Shown: positions 30,424 through 44,465 of the stretch, piece after piece
How positions within the stretch are numbered: position 1 is the first letter of the stretch
Layout: the number at the start of each line of letters is the position of its first letter
Origin: Octopus vulgaris
Taxonomy: Eukaryota
DNA length: 64,000 nt
Assembly (NCBI GenBank): GCA_951406725.2
Contig: OX597818.1
Location: forward strand, 103,044,001 to 103,108,000
Reading direction: 5' to 3'
The notes under the pieces: model-generated
Told to the model about the DNA's origin: nothing
Databases searched by the model: none
Seen by the model: only the letters and a program-made list of their open reading frames with translations
Position numbers and translations under genes: made by a program

Positions 30424-32196
30424 TTATCTATCTATCTATCTGTCTATCTGTATATATACACATAAATACACATACACACAAACGTAAGGCAATGACTGTG
30501 TGTGTATGTGTATTTGTGTGTGTGTGACTGTCTGTCTATCTGCCTGTCTGTACGTCTTTAATATGCTGTATACGCATAAGCATTGGAACTTTCCAATACC
30601 AACACGGCTTCAAATCATGTTTTCCGTTCTGTTACTATGTCATTTTGCTATCTTGTCATATTCTTAGGTTATTGGGCTGCATTGATGTAAAACCACATTT
30701 TGCAACACTGACCAAAAGCCGACGAAATATACATACATATATACGCACACTCATGAATACATACCTAGATACATAGATATATACATACATATAAGTACAT
30801 ATATATGTATGTGTATATATAAATATATATCCATATATAAATATATATACATATACATACATATACATACATATATATACATATAAATATATATATACAT
30901 ATACATAAATATATATATATATACATATACATAAATATATACATACATATATATATAAAAAAAATGTATATACACATATATGCATATGTACATATATAAT
31001 TACATTTATATATATTTATATATATATGTATATACATAAATGCATATATATATATATATGTATATATATATAGATGTATATATGTATGCATATATATTTA
31101 TAGTTGTATATATATATGCATATATATATAGACATATATATATACGCACACACATATACATACATATATACGCATTCTGGACCATACAGCTACATAATTT
31201 TACCAAGTACGAGCGTAGCCAGTATACCGTTTAGAGTTTAACGAAAGGGTTACGGCTCATGTAGCGTACATACGCATCGGTTTTTATTTTCACGCTGATG
31301 CACACTCTTCTGTGCTTCATCTTATAGGTATGATCGACATCTGTTTTAAATTCCGGTCAACAATTTTGTTTGCAATCAAATATAACCATACAGCGATAAG
31401 TTTGCTGTCTTTCGCTTCCTACAGACTTCCACTTTAACCAAACAACAGACATGTGATTAATGTAGCGTTTACTAGTTTCATAGACCGAAGATAAATAGTT
31501 TTCTTTCCTATGTCTTGTTTGGTTTGAATTTTGTTTCTTTTTTTCTTTTGATTTTAATTGTTTTACTTCTTTTTATATTTATATTTTATCTTCATATATT
31601 CTTGTGTATTGTATCATTATTTATTATTTGCAATAACACAATTGTTTAGTAAGTCTTTTCGAAGCAAACTTCATGATCAGCTATATTTCTGTTGTAAATT
31701 CCAAAAACAAAAATGCTACAATATTTTGTAAGGAAGACTCCAGTATATTACTATCTATATCTCAAGTATTTTGTTTTGCTGTGCAATGAAGCAATATCAT
31801 TTTTTTTATGCGCACATTAAATTAATGAATTCATTACATTCACATAGGTAAAGATATGGAAATATACATTTAGAAAATGTATGGAGTTGAGCATAACCAT
31901 ACACGCTTAAAATTCATAAAAGAGCAATCTATTAAATCAATTAATATTTCCATAAATTTATTACCCGTTATGATATTTATTCCATTTTATTTATATGTAT
32001 TTTGCATGTTCATAAGCTTTTGTAAGAATTTATAGCCGAGTAGACACGCAATCACGGCTCAGTGTGAATTGTAGCACTGTAAGCATACGTTCCTGAATGA
32101 CGTAAGGTCGGTTCAAAAGAATCACATCTGATTAGAGCATGTTACTGATTAATTATTTTGTGTCACGGACACATATGCACACCCAGGTACATATCT

Positions 32197-32243
<47 letters not shown>

Positions 32244-32454
32244 ATCACAATTACAGATACAGAGATACATCGATTCTCACACAGATATATATATAAAGGG
32301 AGGGCTGTGAAAGTATCGGATAAAATGCTTTGCACTATCTGATCCGATATAGTTTGCTATGAGTGAGATTCTGAGAAAGATTCTCACACGAGGATTCTAA
32401 TACCACATTCCTTCCAGGAATACTGGGTGGAGAAGATGCATATATCTATCTATC

Positions 32455-32790
32455 CACCTACCTATCTTCCTACCTACCTACCTACCTACCTACCTACCTA
32501 CCTACCTACCTACCTACCTACCTACCTACCTACCTACATACCTACCTACCTACCTACCTACCTACCTACCTACCTACCTACATACATACATACCTACCTA
32601 CCTACCTACCTACCTACCTACCTACCTACCTACCTATCTACCTACCTACCTACCTACCTACATACATACATACCTACCTATCTACCTATTTATCTATCTA
32701 TCTGTCTCTCTGCCTATATATGTATGCATGTATGTATGTATCTATCTATCTATCTATCTATATATCTATCTATCTATCTATCTTTCTGTT
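32455..32790. repeat. (CCTA)n/(TCTA)n tetranucleotide tract
   Basis: Directly visible. Confidence 0.95.
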
Positions 32791-33454
32791 TATCTATCTC
32801 ACTTTATATATACATCATATCACAATATCTTTTACGTGGATATTCATTATCATTATATAGGACGAATTTGAGAGATATTCACCCCCTCTTGCTATTAACA
32901 GAGCGATGGATCGGTTAATAGCAAGTGGTATATAATGGAGAAAGCTGCTTATTAATTAAGCATGTCATAATTACTAAAAGTACTAAAAGAAAGCTATTAT
33001 TAAAGGATTGACCGTCTGGAAATATTTTTATAAATTCATGTTCTAAGAAATTTCCTATAATTTCGATTTCTCATATTTATTCAATTTTTAAACTCCAGTT
33101 TCTCGCAAATTTAATTATTCATTGCATTCACTGCATCCAATTCTTCACAAATTTAAATATTCATTGCATTCACTGCGGAGTATTCCATTTTCATTTTCAA
33201 GGTCCCTCACTTTCTCTTTTAAGTTTTAATTCACTATTTGGAAAACCGACACTTTATTCTATTAATGCATACGTAATCTAAAAACATTATTTATTGAATG
33301 AAATTTTTTAAAATACAAGTATAATTTCCGAACGCAGGATAGCTGTGAGAAGAGCCTAGAAATTTGGGTAATTACTATTAGAGGACGATTAGAAAACAGT
33401 TACCGACCAGTACTCGAAACGTGCACCGTATTCAGTTTCCAAGAACTCTATGCC

Positions 33455-33818
33455 TATTTCTTTACTACCCACAAGGGGCTAAACACAGAGTGGACAAACA
33501 AGGATAGACAAACGGATTAAGTCGATTATATCGACTCCAGTGCGTAACTGATACTTGATTTATCGACCCCGAAAGGATGAAAGGCAAAGTTGACTTCGGC
33601 GGAATTTCAGACACTCTATACCACTAAGCCATTATATATATTTCTTTACTACCCACAAGGGGCTAAAAACAGAAGGTACAAACAAGGACAGACAAACGAA
33701 TTAAGTCGATTACATCGACCCCAGTGAACTGGTACTTACTTTATCGACCCCGAAAGGATGAAAGGCAAAGTCGACCTCGGCGGAATTTCAAACACTCTAT
33801 ACCACTAAGCCATTATAT
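33455..33818 (-). mobile_element. Tandem duplication of a truncated SINE A plus ~30 bp of flank
   Basis: Two units, each ending TTTCA(G/A)ACACTCTATACCACTAAGCCATTATATA. Confidence 0.8.
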
Positions 33819-34099
33819 AAGGAAGCAAGTTGCAGGAGCGACTTCAACAGTCACACACACTCAAATACTCACTCCCGCTCAAACATAGATACACATACAC
33901 AAAAATGAAAGGCAATTAATGTGTGTGTGTGTGTGCTCACTGACAAAACTTCGTGCTGCATCACTTTTGTGAAGTTTTTGTCATTGAACAGGTCGCAGTT
34001 TCAAAACGACGAAAATATTTTGACACAAATGAATTTCTAATGTTGAATTGAAACTGGTAATATATAAATACAGCGGTCCCATAACGGTACTGCTTAGAT

Positions 34100-34308
34100 A
34101 CAGAGATACTACTTAAATACAAGTGTTACGTACAAAACATTTTAAATGTATGCTATGTGGACGTGTTTTGACATCCTAGCTCTAAACTTAACCCTAACTA
34201 ACCCTAACAACTAACCTTAAGACTAACCCTAAAAACTAACTCTAAAATTAACCCTCGCCTTCATATCGTTACGTAGATGCATCGGGACCTCTTTATTTAA
34301 GTAGTGCC
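34100..34308. mobile_element. MITE-like element with internal TAACCC-like repeats
   Basis: ACTACTTAAATA at the left and TATTTAAGTAGT at the right; degenerate CTAACCCTAA units at 34180-34255. Confidence 0.55.
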
Positions 34309-34964
34309 TTGAAACTAACGGATTTTGTGTTCTTGGATGGCTTACAAACGCCTTCCACGCTGCAATTGTTTTTGTTTCAGCACACGATCTCAGACTAAGT
34401 CACTTACTATGCAAATATATTCTGGTAATTTTTTAAAACCACTGTAGATATATGCCAGTAATGAATTTCCCAAGCTCTCAAATATTTGAATTTCTAAACA
34501 GAAACGATCTTGGTCGAGGAGTCGGGTTGCAGAAAATTCATAATTTCTCAAAGTTTCTTTTTTATAGCATATAAATGTAATAAAGAAACGAGGTGGGTTG
34601 TCTTTGTACCTGCTAGAAACAACAGCCAAATCACCCTTAAATCACTCTTTTCCCTCTGAAAATATTAACAATTTAAAAACATAATGTGATGTATATTTCA
34701 GAAATAGATATTAAACGTGTTATTTTCAATTGATGAGCTCAAATATGGTTTTTCATACGGAGGGTGAAACCAATTGATATTGAAATATACATATTCCTTA
34801 CTTCTATATTCCACGCAAGGCAAGCCTGTTTTTGCTATATTCGGTGCATTGCCCGTGCGTATTTAATAGTAAGTTATTGATGGTTTTGGAGCGATGGCTC
34901 CGTTTATAGCAAGTGATATTTAAATACCCTGCTGTATGTGAATGTTATATATATATATATATAT

Positions 34965-35315
34965 ACCAAGGACTCCAAATTTGCCATCAAGATGTAGGAC
35001 AAGATATTGTGATAGCCTGGGCTAAGGCCCACAGCTCTTCAATATCCTCCCGAAGAACCTGAGGGACCTGCATGGTGTAGATGCGGATGTCTTTAAAGTA
35101 TGACTGGATCTCTTCCTGTCAGGTGTCCCGGATGAACCAACTTCACGGCAGGAGGTGCAGATGAGGGCAGCTGCATCGAACTCTCTCATGCATCAGATGG
35201 CGTTTGCTAAAAAGCATCCGTGAGGTAAAATCGTGTAGCAAACCAAATGGCGGTGCCCCAGCATGGCCACAGCTCATTAGCTGAAACTGGAAAAATCAAA
35301 ATCAAAATCAAAATC
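34965..35315 (+). mobile_element. CR1-group LINE 3' end (ORF2 C-terminus, 3' UTR, (AAAATC)n tail) inserted in (TA)n
   Basis: GPQLFNILPKNLRD...FKV*LDLFLSGVPDEP...RAAASNSL; in-frame stops present. Confidence 0.85.
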
Positions 35316-35586
35316 ATTATATATATATATATATATATTTAATGTGGATAAAATTTCTTTTTCGAAAAAAATTGGAATCAATGGCCATATTAAAAAATAC
35401 CTTTAAAGGTTAAAATTATAAACAACATAGAAATAAGGGCAAACGAAAAATTTTATTGCCAAATATTTTCCATATAATAATAATACCATATTGTATTATG
35501 AAAAATTATATGGTAATGGACAATATGTCCAATTTTCGGCATATTTGGCAATATAAATTTTTTCGTTTGCCCTTATTTATAAGTTA

Positions 35587-35634
<48 letters not shown>

Positions 35635-38376
35635 TGCGTCTTCCTTTCAACTCGATCGTCTGAATATATTTGTGATATTTATTTCATATATTGGCCACTG
35701 TGCAAGCTCGGCCTATTACGGGAAGATTTTTAATACAGTTTCACATGTAATAGTTGTGTCTCTGATCGGAAATATTTGTAATAGTACAGCTTTGTACTGT
35801 AGTAAATAATGTTTCTTTTTTTAGGTGTGATGAAAAGAACTGGAAAAGAATAGGGATGCTCTTTTCCAGTGATGTTAACAACGTAAGTGAAATTAGATAT
35901 TTTAAATCAGGAACGTCACGGGATTGAATTGTCGAAGTTTCCTTTGTACTTTGCAGCGCCTTTACTCCTCTAACGATGTGAATAAGGAGTCAAACTACCT
36001 TCTTATTCGAGGAGCGATATATTACCCATGTAGCTATTTGCTAATATTTCAATATCTTCAATAATTACTGCCACTCGATACAGCAATATTTTCAAATTAG
36101 GAAAATACACAGTTCATTAAAATGTTTTAAGTGAATAAAGTTTTATCTAACACTACACACTGTACAAAGCTGTCAGCATCATACTCGAGGCAATTTTAAA
36201 AGTAGCAGAGAGTTGGTATTCAAATTGTATGTTTCGCGTAATTAAATTTTATCATGTTGCTTTCCTATAATCACAAATACATCTTCAGGCCGTCGTTTTA
36301 TTTTATTACATTTATTTTTGTAAGTGTTTCGTTTTAAAACATTCACCATTTAAGCTTGCATAGAAAAATGTATGATATTTTTAGCAAATACGATGACCAA
36401 AATAAATTAGGAAATGGAAGAACAATATTTTTTTCGTAATCATTTTGGTAACCATGTTGATAAACTAACCCAGACATTTATTGCTTTGGTTTCAAAAAAC
36501 ATTTTATCTCCTTTACCTTATTTCACCATGCGACAACGATAACATTACCATAAGTGTATTTAAAACTATATTTCCCGGACAACACCTTTTTCACCATTAT
36601 TGTTTGGATGCCAATTTCATACAACAAACAGGTAACAATTTTTCGAACAAAGACCGCAAACCGATTTCGTTTTTCAGTTGATGCCAATTCACTTTTAAGG
36701 ATAACATCTTTGTGGAAAGATAATAATGTCAGAAGTTCATATGCTACAGTAAAGTTTACCTTTGTGCCTAAGGAATAAATCAATAAAGAAAGCGTGTGTG
36801 TATGTGTTTAATAATAATTGCATATTTAACTGCGTACGATAACCTGATTGTTGGTCGGATACATAATTATTCAATGGAGGTTACGTTTACCGCTGTAAGC
36901 AGTTTAATTAATGCATAAACGATAAATTAGCTTTAAGCTCTTTGTTTTAATCCTAAAATTTGTATGCCTTGGTAAGAATAGGAATCACCTAGGGTAATTT
37001 TTAGCAAATGCAAATTATGGAAAGAAGGATTTTACCTTTTATGCAACACCGTAATGTCTTCTAGAACTCAGTTAAAGAAAAGAAAGGGGATTATTTTATC
37101 GGGTAGAAAAGGATAACGAAATGTAAAGTTCCACTTCTGAACAACTTTAATGATCGCAGGTTGTTAAAAGTAAATGTGTACTCGTGGGTCTCATAATTAA
37201 GTCTGTTATTTAATGCACAATTAATTTGAATAATTATTCATGTTAGAGTTTATATATTAGAAATATAGTATTTCAATATTTACTTGTATATAATGCAATT
37301 TGGAAGTTAGTAGAAGTAATGAAATATCAACTAATATAGAGTAACACACTTCCTCATTAAGACCAACTTAGATAATTAAAGTCGAAACTCCATGTAACTT
37401 ATAAATAGATGAGACCTATTTAAGTACACATTTTATTAATTAAATTTGATTATAATTATCTATGAAACGATATGAGCTTCGTTAATCCCGTTCTAATCAT
37501 TCTTGAGAACTTTGCGATCATTTATGAGTGGTCACGGTGTCGCTGGCTACGAATGCAAGCAATTACAAGACGTCCACAATACTTTAAAGTTCCTGAAATG
37601 CCGTTAATTAATTTTTTCAAGTGATTCCTATTCTCGATATTAATAATGAACAATTACATACATTAGAACTATAACATTCGAGTCATCTTAGATACTAAGT
37701 AACTGAATTGACTATCACGCGGCAGTTCTTTATATCCATTTGTGTTCGGTTTTAATTTTGTCTTTTTATCAAGACAAAGAAATAAACATAGAAAATGTGT
37801 CACTTGACTTTTCCATTGCCAAGAACAATAAATAAGAATGACATTTTTATTCGTATTCCATGCGTTTTCTTTTTTTATTGAGGTTGAAGTCAATACAATG
37901 TTAATATGACATTTCCAAAGACATCAAGAATGTTATGGAAGCGAAATTACTACAATCGAAACTTAAAGCATAAAAGTAGAACCATTTCAGTGGAAAGCAT
38001 AATTCACTCGCTGGAAAATTTGAAGTGGATCTTCTGGCACCACCCCACTAAAAGAGGAGGAAATATGTGACAGTACAATGATATTTAATCTGTTCAACAG
38101 AGGATCGAATTACCTCATAAAAATCTCAGCAACGGACCTCCTGAACGTTTTCTATCTTTTCAAATACTTTATATTGTCTACACATAAGAATTTATTACAT
38201 AGTTAACAGGCCATATATTTTACAGAATTTAAATGAGATTCATGATCTCTCAAAAGAGTGACGAACATGAAATGGAACTGATACACGCTGAAATTGTACC
38301 TCGCAAACAGATTCCAATCACTTTATTTTGTGTGAACCGTTGCTGCTGAGTAGTCAAATGATACATATATTTTCTA

Positions 38377-38608
38377 AGGCGGCGAGCTAGCTGAAACGAT
38401 AGCACGCCGGGCGAAATGCGTAGCCGTATTTCGTCTGCCGTTACGTTCTGAGTTTAAATTCCGCTGAGGTCGACTTTGCCTTTCATCCATTCGGGGTCGA
38501 TAAATTAAGTACCAGTTACGCACTGGGGTCGGTGTAATCGACTTAATCTGTTTGTCTGTCCTTGTTCGTCCCCTCTGTGTTTAGCCCTTTGTGGTTAGTA
38601 AAGAAATA
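38377..38608 (+). mobile_element. SINE family A with 16-bp TSD
   Basis: Flanked by GATAC(A/G)TATATTTTCT. Confidence 0.9.
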
Positions 38609-39197
38609 GATACGTATATTTTCTGATGGACAATGAGTGAGCGATAAGTTCCATCCGTCAATGGGGAGAAAACCAATAGAATAGCCTGGGAAATCTACTG
38701 ACAGTTTGTTTCTATTCTTCGGCAGTAGAAAATATTATTACGTTTTTGCAAATTAAATGCAATCAATTAGTATTGCAAATGCTGAGTTTCTGATATTGTT
38801 CTTTATGCGTGTGAAAAAAGAATGCCAGTTTTAGTGTATTCACCTAAACATGGCTCAACAAGCAAATATATGAGTCACCCCACGATCGATTGATCGACAT
38901 AAGATAGCAATCGTGTCTTAGTCAAATCGCACGTCGTTATTTAAAGATTGGACGACCATATTAGATAACATAAAATTAGATACCTAAAAATACGAGGGAA
39001 TTAAAGCTGAAACGTCATTGATAACAAAAATATATAAATATGTGCATATTTGCGTATATATGCATGTGTCTATATGTGCGTGCGTTTATTTGTTTGTGTG
39101 CATATGTGTGGGTCATGTACAACTATACATACTTACATATATATATATATGCATGTATATATGTATGTATATATGTATATATGTATGTATATATGTA

Positions 39198-40121
39198 TAT
39201 ATAAAATCTTCTGACTCTCTGTTCCCAATGTATTCTCAAACGGCTCAACCAAATCAAATTTTATATCGTAATACTCTCAGACCCTGTAAGTGTCAACATG
39301 TAATGTTTTTCGTCATTTGGATTAAAGCAACATTGTCACTGGTTCGGTATTACACGTCGAAAGTCAAAGAATAAAAGTGAAAGTATAACATCTATATTGT
39401 AATGTGATATACTGTTTCACTTTTATACTTTTAGTTTTAATTCTAACCACCACCACCACCACTACCACCACACCACCACAACGTCACATTTTGCATATGA
39501 CTGTGTATCTGTCTGTGAATATATGTGAGTATATGAGTGTGTATACATTTCACAGTGCGTGTGTCTTTCCGCGTTAGGTACGTTATTAAACATACTATAA
39601 GTATGTGAGGACTGGTCAGTGTCAATACGAAATTCTATTTTCATTTAGATAATAATCATTTCGATTAAAACAATATTACATTTTGTATAATATTTCTATT
39701 GTCAACTGTACATTTTATACCACGACGACAACACATTTTTTATGTGACTGTGTATCTATCTGTGAGTGTATGTATTTACCTTTCCGGAAAGCGAACCAAA
39801 GAAACTGGAGGAACACATGGAATGGTTGTACGATACATTTCAAATACCAAGACCTCTGCAGGGGATTGAAACCAGGCGTAGCAGTAAAAGGAAAAGGAAA
39901 CATACTTCCTCAAAATAGATGCCAAGAGAAAGAAATATTAAATTGTTCGAAAAAATAAAATCAAAAATGGAAGGTGGATGAATGAAAATATTATTGCTAA
40001 ATAAAATTACTCTTCCTAAGAAAAACTTTAAATGGGAGATGTAGGAAATTAGTAATAATTGTACACCCCCTTTCACGTAACGAGTGGAATGAGTCAGTCA
40101 TTATAAGATGACGTAGGCTAG
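39198..40121 (+). mobile_element. Possible non-autonomous Helitron-like element
   Basis: 5' block (TATATAAAAT...AAACGGCTCAACC) resembles Helitron-N starts; weak hairpin followed by CTAG|T at 40118-40122. Boundaries uncertain. Confidence 0.35.
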
Positions 40122-40530
40122 TATCGAGTGGGTGTTGATAGTTGTGCATGTACTGATATAATAATTATACTGTGATATTGATTGTACTGTATAACGATCC
40201 AACCCTTTGAGGAAAACACTGTACGACTGGGGGTGGTACAGTGTAACATTCTATCGACGACATCGGAATATAACAATATCTGTCAGAGCGACAACTGTCG
40301 TACAAATACAGATACAACAGTGGCAGAAGACAGCTTTATAACAATATATATGTATGTATGTATGCGTATATACACATGCATACACACTTACATCTATAAG
40401 AAGTTGGAGTTGTTTTTTAGCATATACATATACACACGCATGCGTTGCATATCATAACATTTTTATACATGCACAGTTATATACACGTGTATTCGTGCGC
40501 CCATATATATAATATTAATATTAGATAATC

Positions 40531-40569
<39 letters not shown>

Positions 40570-41314
40570 TACTTTTACTCTATCAGAATATATGTCTAAC
40601 TATTGATTATACTTGATGGAATTATCTATCATTCATTTCTATCCTTTTGTCGATCATTCAATCAATTCGATTTCATTTTCTGGCTTTAATTTTTTGGTTC
40701 TTCCTTTCTTATCTGTTTTCCTTTTTTGTTTCTTTGTCTTCTCGTCTTAACTGTCAATTTCCTTCAAATCTACTTTAATATTCTAAAGTAAAATTTCTAG
40801 ATTATTGCCGATTTTACTCGTAAACAGGTTCCCAGAACATGACTTCAATAGGGCTTCCGCATTCATATTGACAGCATTTGAAAAGTTCTAGCATGGCGGT
40901 ATGTTAATCTATTTTCTTGAGTGAAACTAAAAAAGCAGATGAATTATTATTCTTCTATAGAAATGTCGCGAGCGAAGGAAAATTATTGGTGATTTAAGTA
41001 AAAAAAGAGAAAACAGGAAATCACTCGCACGTCAAACACATCTTTTACTTACATAAGCGTCTCTCGTCTGTTTGACTGTCTGGAGTTTCTGTTATCGTTA
41101 AGACACTTGCCCAAGGTACCACGGAAGCTACTTACCACACAGCCACTCGTACATATATATATATATGCATGTATGTATATGTATGCACATGTATGTGTAG
41201 ATAGATAGATCGATAGATAGATAGATAGATTGATAGATAGATAGAAAGAAAAATATGGGAAATTTATTGAAGAATATAAATAATGATTTAGAGCGGAACA
41301 TGTATGTGTATATG

Positions 41315-41434
<120 letters not shown>

Positions 41435-43253
41435 AAAATATGGGAAATTTATTGAAGAATATAAATAATGACTTAGAGCGGAACATGTAAAACTCTGGAA
41501 TCATATATGATATATATCTACTCTTTAAGCTTTTATGCATTTATCCAGTTATACTCCACATATGTTTAATATTGTAAATATTTTCATGTCATCATGATTT
41601 CTAATTGTTATTGTTATAATAAACATTGATTTGGAGCTGTTCTTACTTCAAATACTAGCCTGATAAATTACGTATGACATTCTTTCGGGAATGATTAAAT
41701 AAATATGAATCCAGATTGAAAATTGGCTAAATTTTCCCATAGTCGAACCCGGTGATTCATTATAATATCTGTTGTGACTGTTATTCAGAGTTGAAATTTC
41801 GCATTTGAATAAAGTAAATTTTTCTTGCACGGTATCGTGACATTATTTGTTTTTGTAATTCAAATTCAATCTCCTGATATCTTTCAATTATTTTCCTCCG
41901 TTCATTTTGATTTTAATTATGCCAACTACTCTGGGCCATAAAGTTTCTCAACAAATTTTTGGACAACTAAATCTCTTTATTATAAGCATATAGCCTGAAT
42001 GAAGAGGGGGACATAACAATACAGGACATGGGGCACACATAACACAAAAGATGATATGAAATGAAATGGCTTACGAGCCTCCCAAAGCTCGCAGTTACAC
42101 TTATAATTACGGTTATACTATCCGGGGTATTCGTCAGTAATGTAATCAAGTAGTTGCTCCTGCTCTATAACGCAGGGTAAACTGTCATATCGTACGTACT
42201 GACTGATGCACACAACTGTTCTTGGAAACAAATCAATTAATTTATCTACCGTCTCAAATTCCAATAATACTGTCTTTGTTTCGTTGTCATATATCATGGG
42301 GTTTACTTTAACTCTTGTTAGTCCTTTCATTATAGCTAGTCTTTTCTCAATATTTTTATCTTTCCAGTAAACCATTACAGCTCTGAAATTTCTTATTTTG
42401 GGTCTTCCAATTTTTGGACAACTAAACCCTTTGTTTTCAAGAATAGGAGTGGGATGTATGTTTTACAAATGTCTGGCATTCCATCAGTTATGACGACAAG
42501 TATTCCAGTTGATCCCGTCAACGGAAGAGCCTTCTGGTGAAATTAACGTACAAGTGACTGAGCACTCTACGGACAGACGTATTCTTAGCGTAACTCTCAG
42601 GAATATTCATTTTAACGTGTTCGTATATTTGGGAGTATTGCTTCGGAAGATAGAATATGAGTGTGTGCGTTTGTGCTTATATATCTAAGAGGTCAGTGGC
42701 AGCAGGGTATATAGCAGTAGTAGGACGTGTGATCGAGAGACTAATTGATGTGTATGTTAGTCCGCGTGACAGTGTGTATGTTTATGTGTTTGTATGTGCG
42801 CGTAGGATTGTGTGTGAGTTCGTGTCTGCGCGCGTGGGTGTTTGGGTGCAGTAGATATATCTGTTGTCCGTGTGGTAGTGTGTAAGAGAGAAACAGAGAG
42901 AGAAAAGAAAAGGGCAGGAGAATGACAGGGAGGATGGAGGCTGAAAGCTGTTACAAGAAGGAGGAAGGAGCTGTGTTAAGTCGAAACGGTGTGTGAGAAC
43001 GTATTGTGAAAATGTACCAATGTTACTGACGAAGTCTGCTGGAGCTGATTCCAAGGTGTAAAGCCAGACCGTTGGCAGTGAGGTGTTTGGTGGAGTGCTT
43101 GGTCAAGCAAAAGCGACGGGTGATGGGGGTACTTTTTGCAGGCGGATGACTAGTCAATGCTCTGAAAGTCTGTCGACTAGACGGTGGCTAGATTGTGCAG
43201 CATATAATGAGGCCATAGATCATATAATGAAGGGTACATTGGAGGCTATAGAC

Positions 43254-43460
43254 CAGTGGTTCTCAACCGGGATCCATATTGCCATTGGAAATCCATATGG
43301 CCATTGCGTGGGGAGGGTCCATGTAAGATTTTGTCGTTAAAATTTAACTGCAATAACTTAGTCATACTTCTGTAATACACAAAAATATAACAATTTTTCA
43401 ATACAATTCCTAATGCTTGATTATAAAAAATATAATAAGATCTTTTAAATAGGGAATGGA
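43254..43460 (+). mobile_element. hAT/Charlie-like left end fragment
   Basis: Starts with the CAGTGGTTCTCAACC terminal motif; no right TIR found. Confidence 0.6.
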
Positions 43461-43466
43461 TATGGG

Positions 43467-43502
<36 letters not shown>

Positions 43503-43503
43503 T

Positions 43504-43572
<69 letters not shown>

Positions 43573-44050
43573 AAGAAGAATATGGGAAATTTATTGGAGA
43601 ATACGAATAATGATTTAGAGCGGAACATGCAAAACTTTAGAATCATATATGATATATATATATACTCTTCAAGCTTTTATGTATTTATCCAGTAATACTC
43701 TACACATGTTTGATATAGTAAATATTTCGATGTCATGATCAGTGGGTAAAAAATGGTTGACAAGCAGCGTCATAGATGATGTTAAAAGGGATACAGGAGA
43801 AGGTGTCGCAGGGGTGAAAAGTGTGTCGGTTGGTTCCATTGAGGGAGGTTGTGTTAGTGATAAACGGATAGGTGTGGCACCGGGGTCTGGAGTAAGCGAA
43901 TGATTCAGGATGCATGAGAGTGGGGAACGGGAATGAGAAATTATGAACCTGTAGGTTACGTAGGTTTTGGGTGTGTTTGAAGGAGGAAAGAAGGGAGTTG
44001 GGGAAACAAGGAACGTGGTAGGATCGAATAGAAATAGGAAGGACCGAGTG

Positions 44051-44465
44051 GGCGGCGAGCTGGCAGAACCGTTAGCACGCCGGGTGAAATGCAAAGCGAT
44101 ATTTCGTCTGCCGTTATGTTCTGAGTTCAAATTCGGCCGAGGTCGACTTTGCCTTTAATCCTTTCGTATCGATAAATTAAGTACCAGTTACGAACTGATA
44201 TCGATATAATCGACTTAATCCGTTTGTCTCTCCTTGTTTGTCCTCTCTGTGTTTAGCCCCTTGTGGGTAGTAAAGGAATCGGTATTTCGTCTGCTGTTAC
44301 GTTCTGAGTTCAAATTCGGCCGAGGTCGACTTTGCCTTTCATCCTTTCGGGATCGATAAATTAAGTACAATTTCCGAACAGGGATCGATGTAATCGACTT
44401 AATCCCTTTGTCTGTCCTTGCTTGCCCCCTCTATGTGTAGCCTCACGTGGGCAATGAAGAAATAA
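44051..44465 (+). mobile_element. Head-to-tail SINE A dimer with 20-bp TSD
   Basis: Flanked by AGAAATAGGAAGGACCGAGT; the second unit restarts at GGTATTTCGTCTG. Confidence 0.9.
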
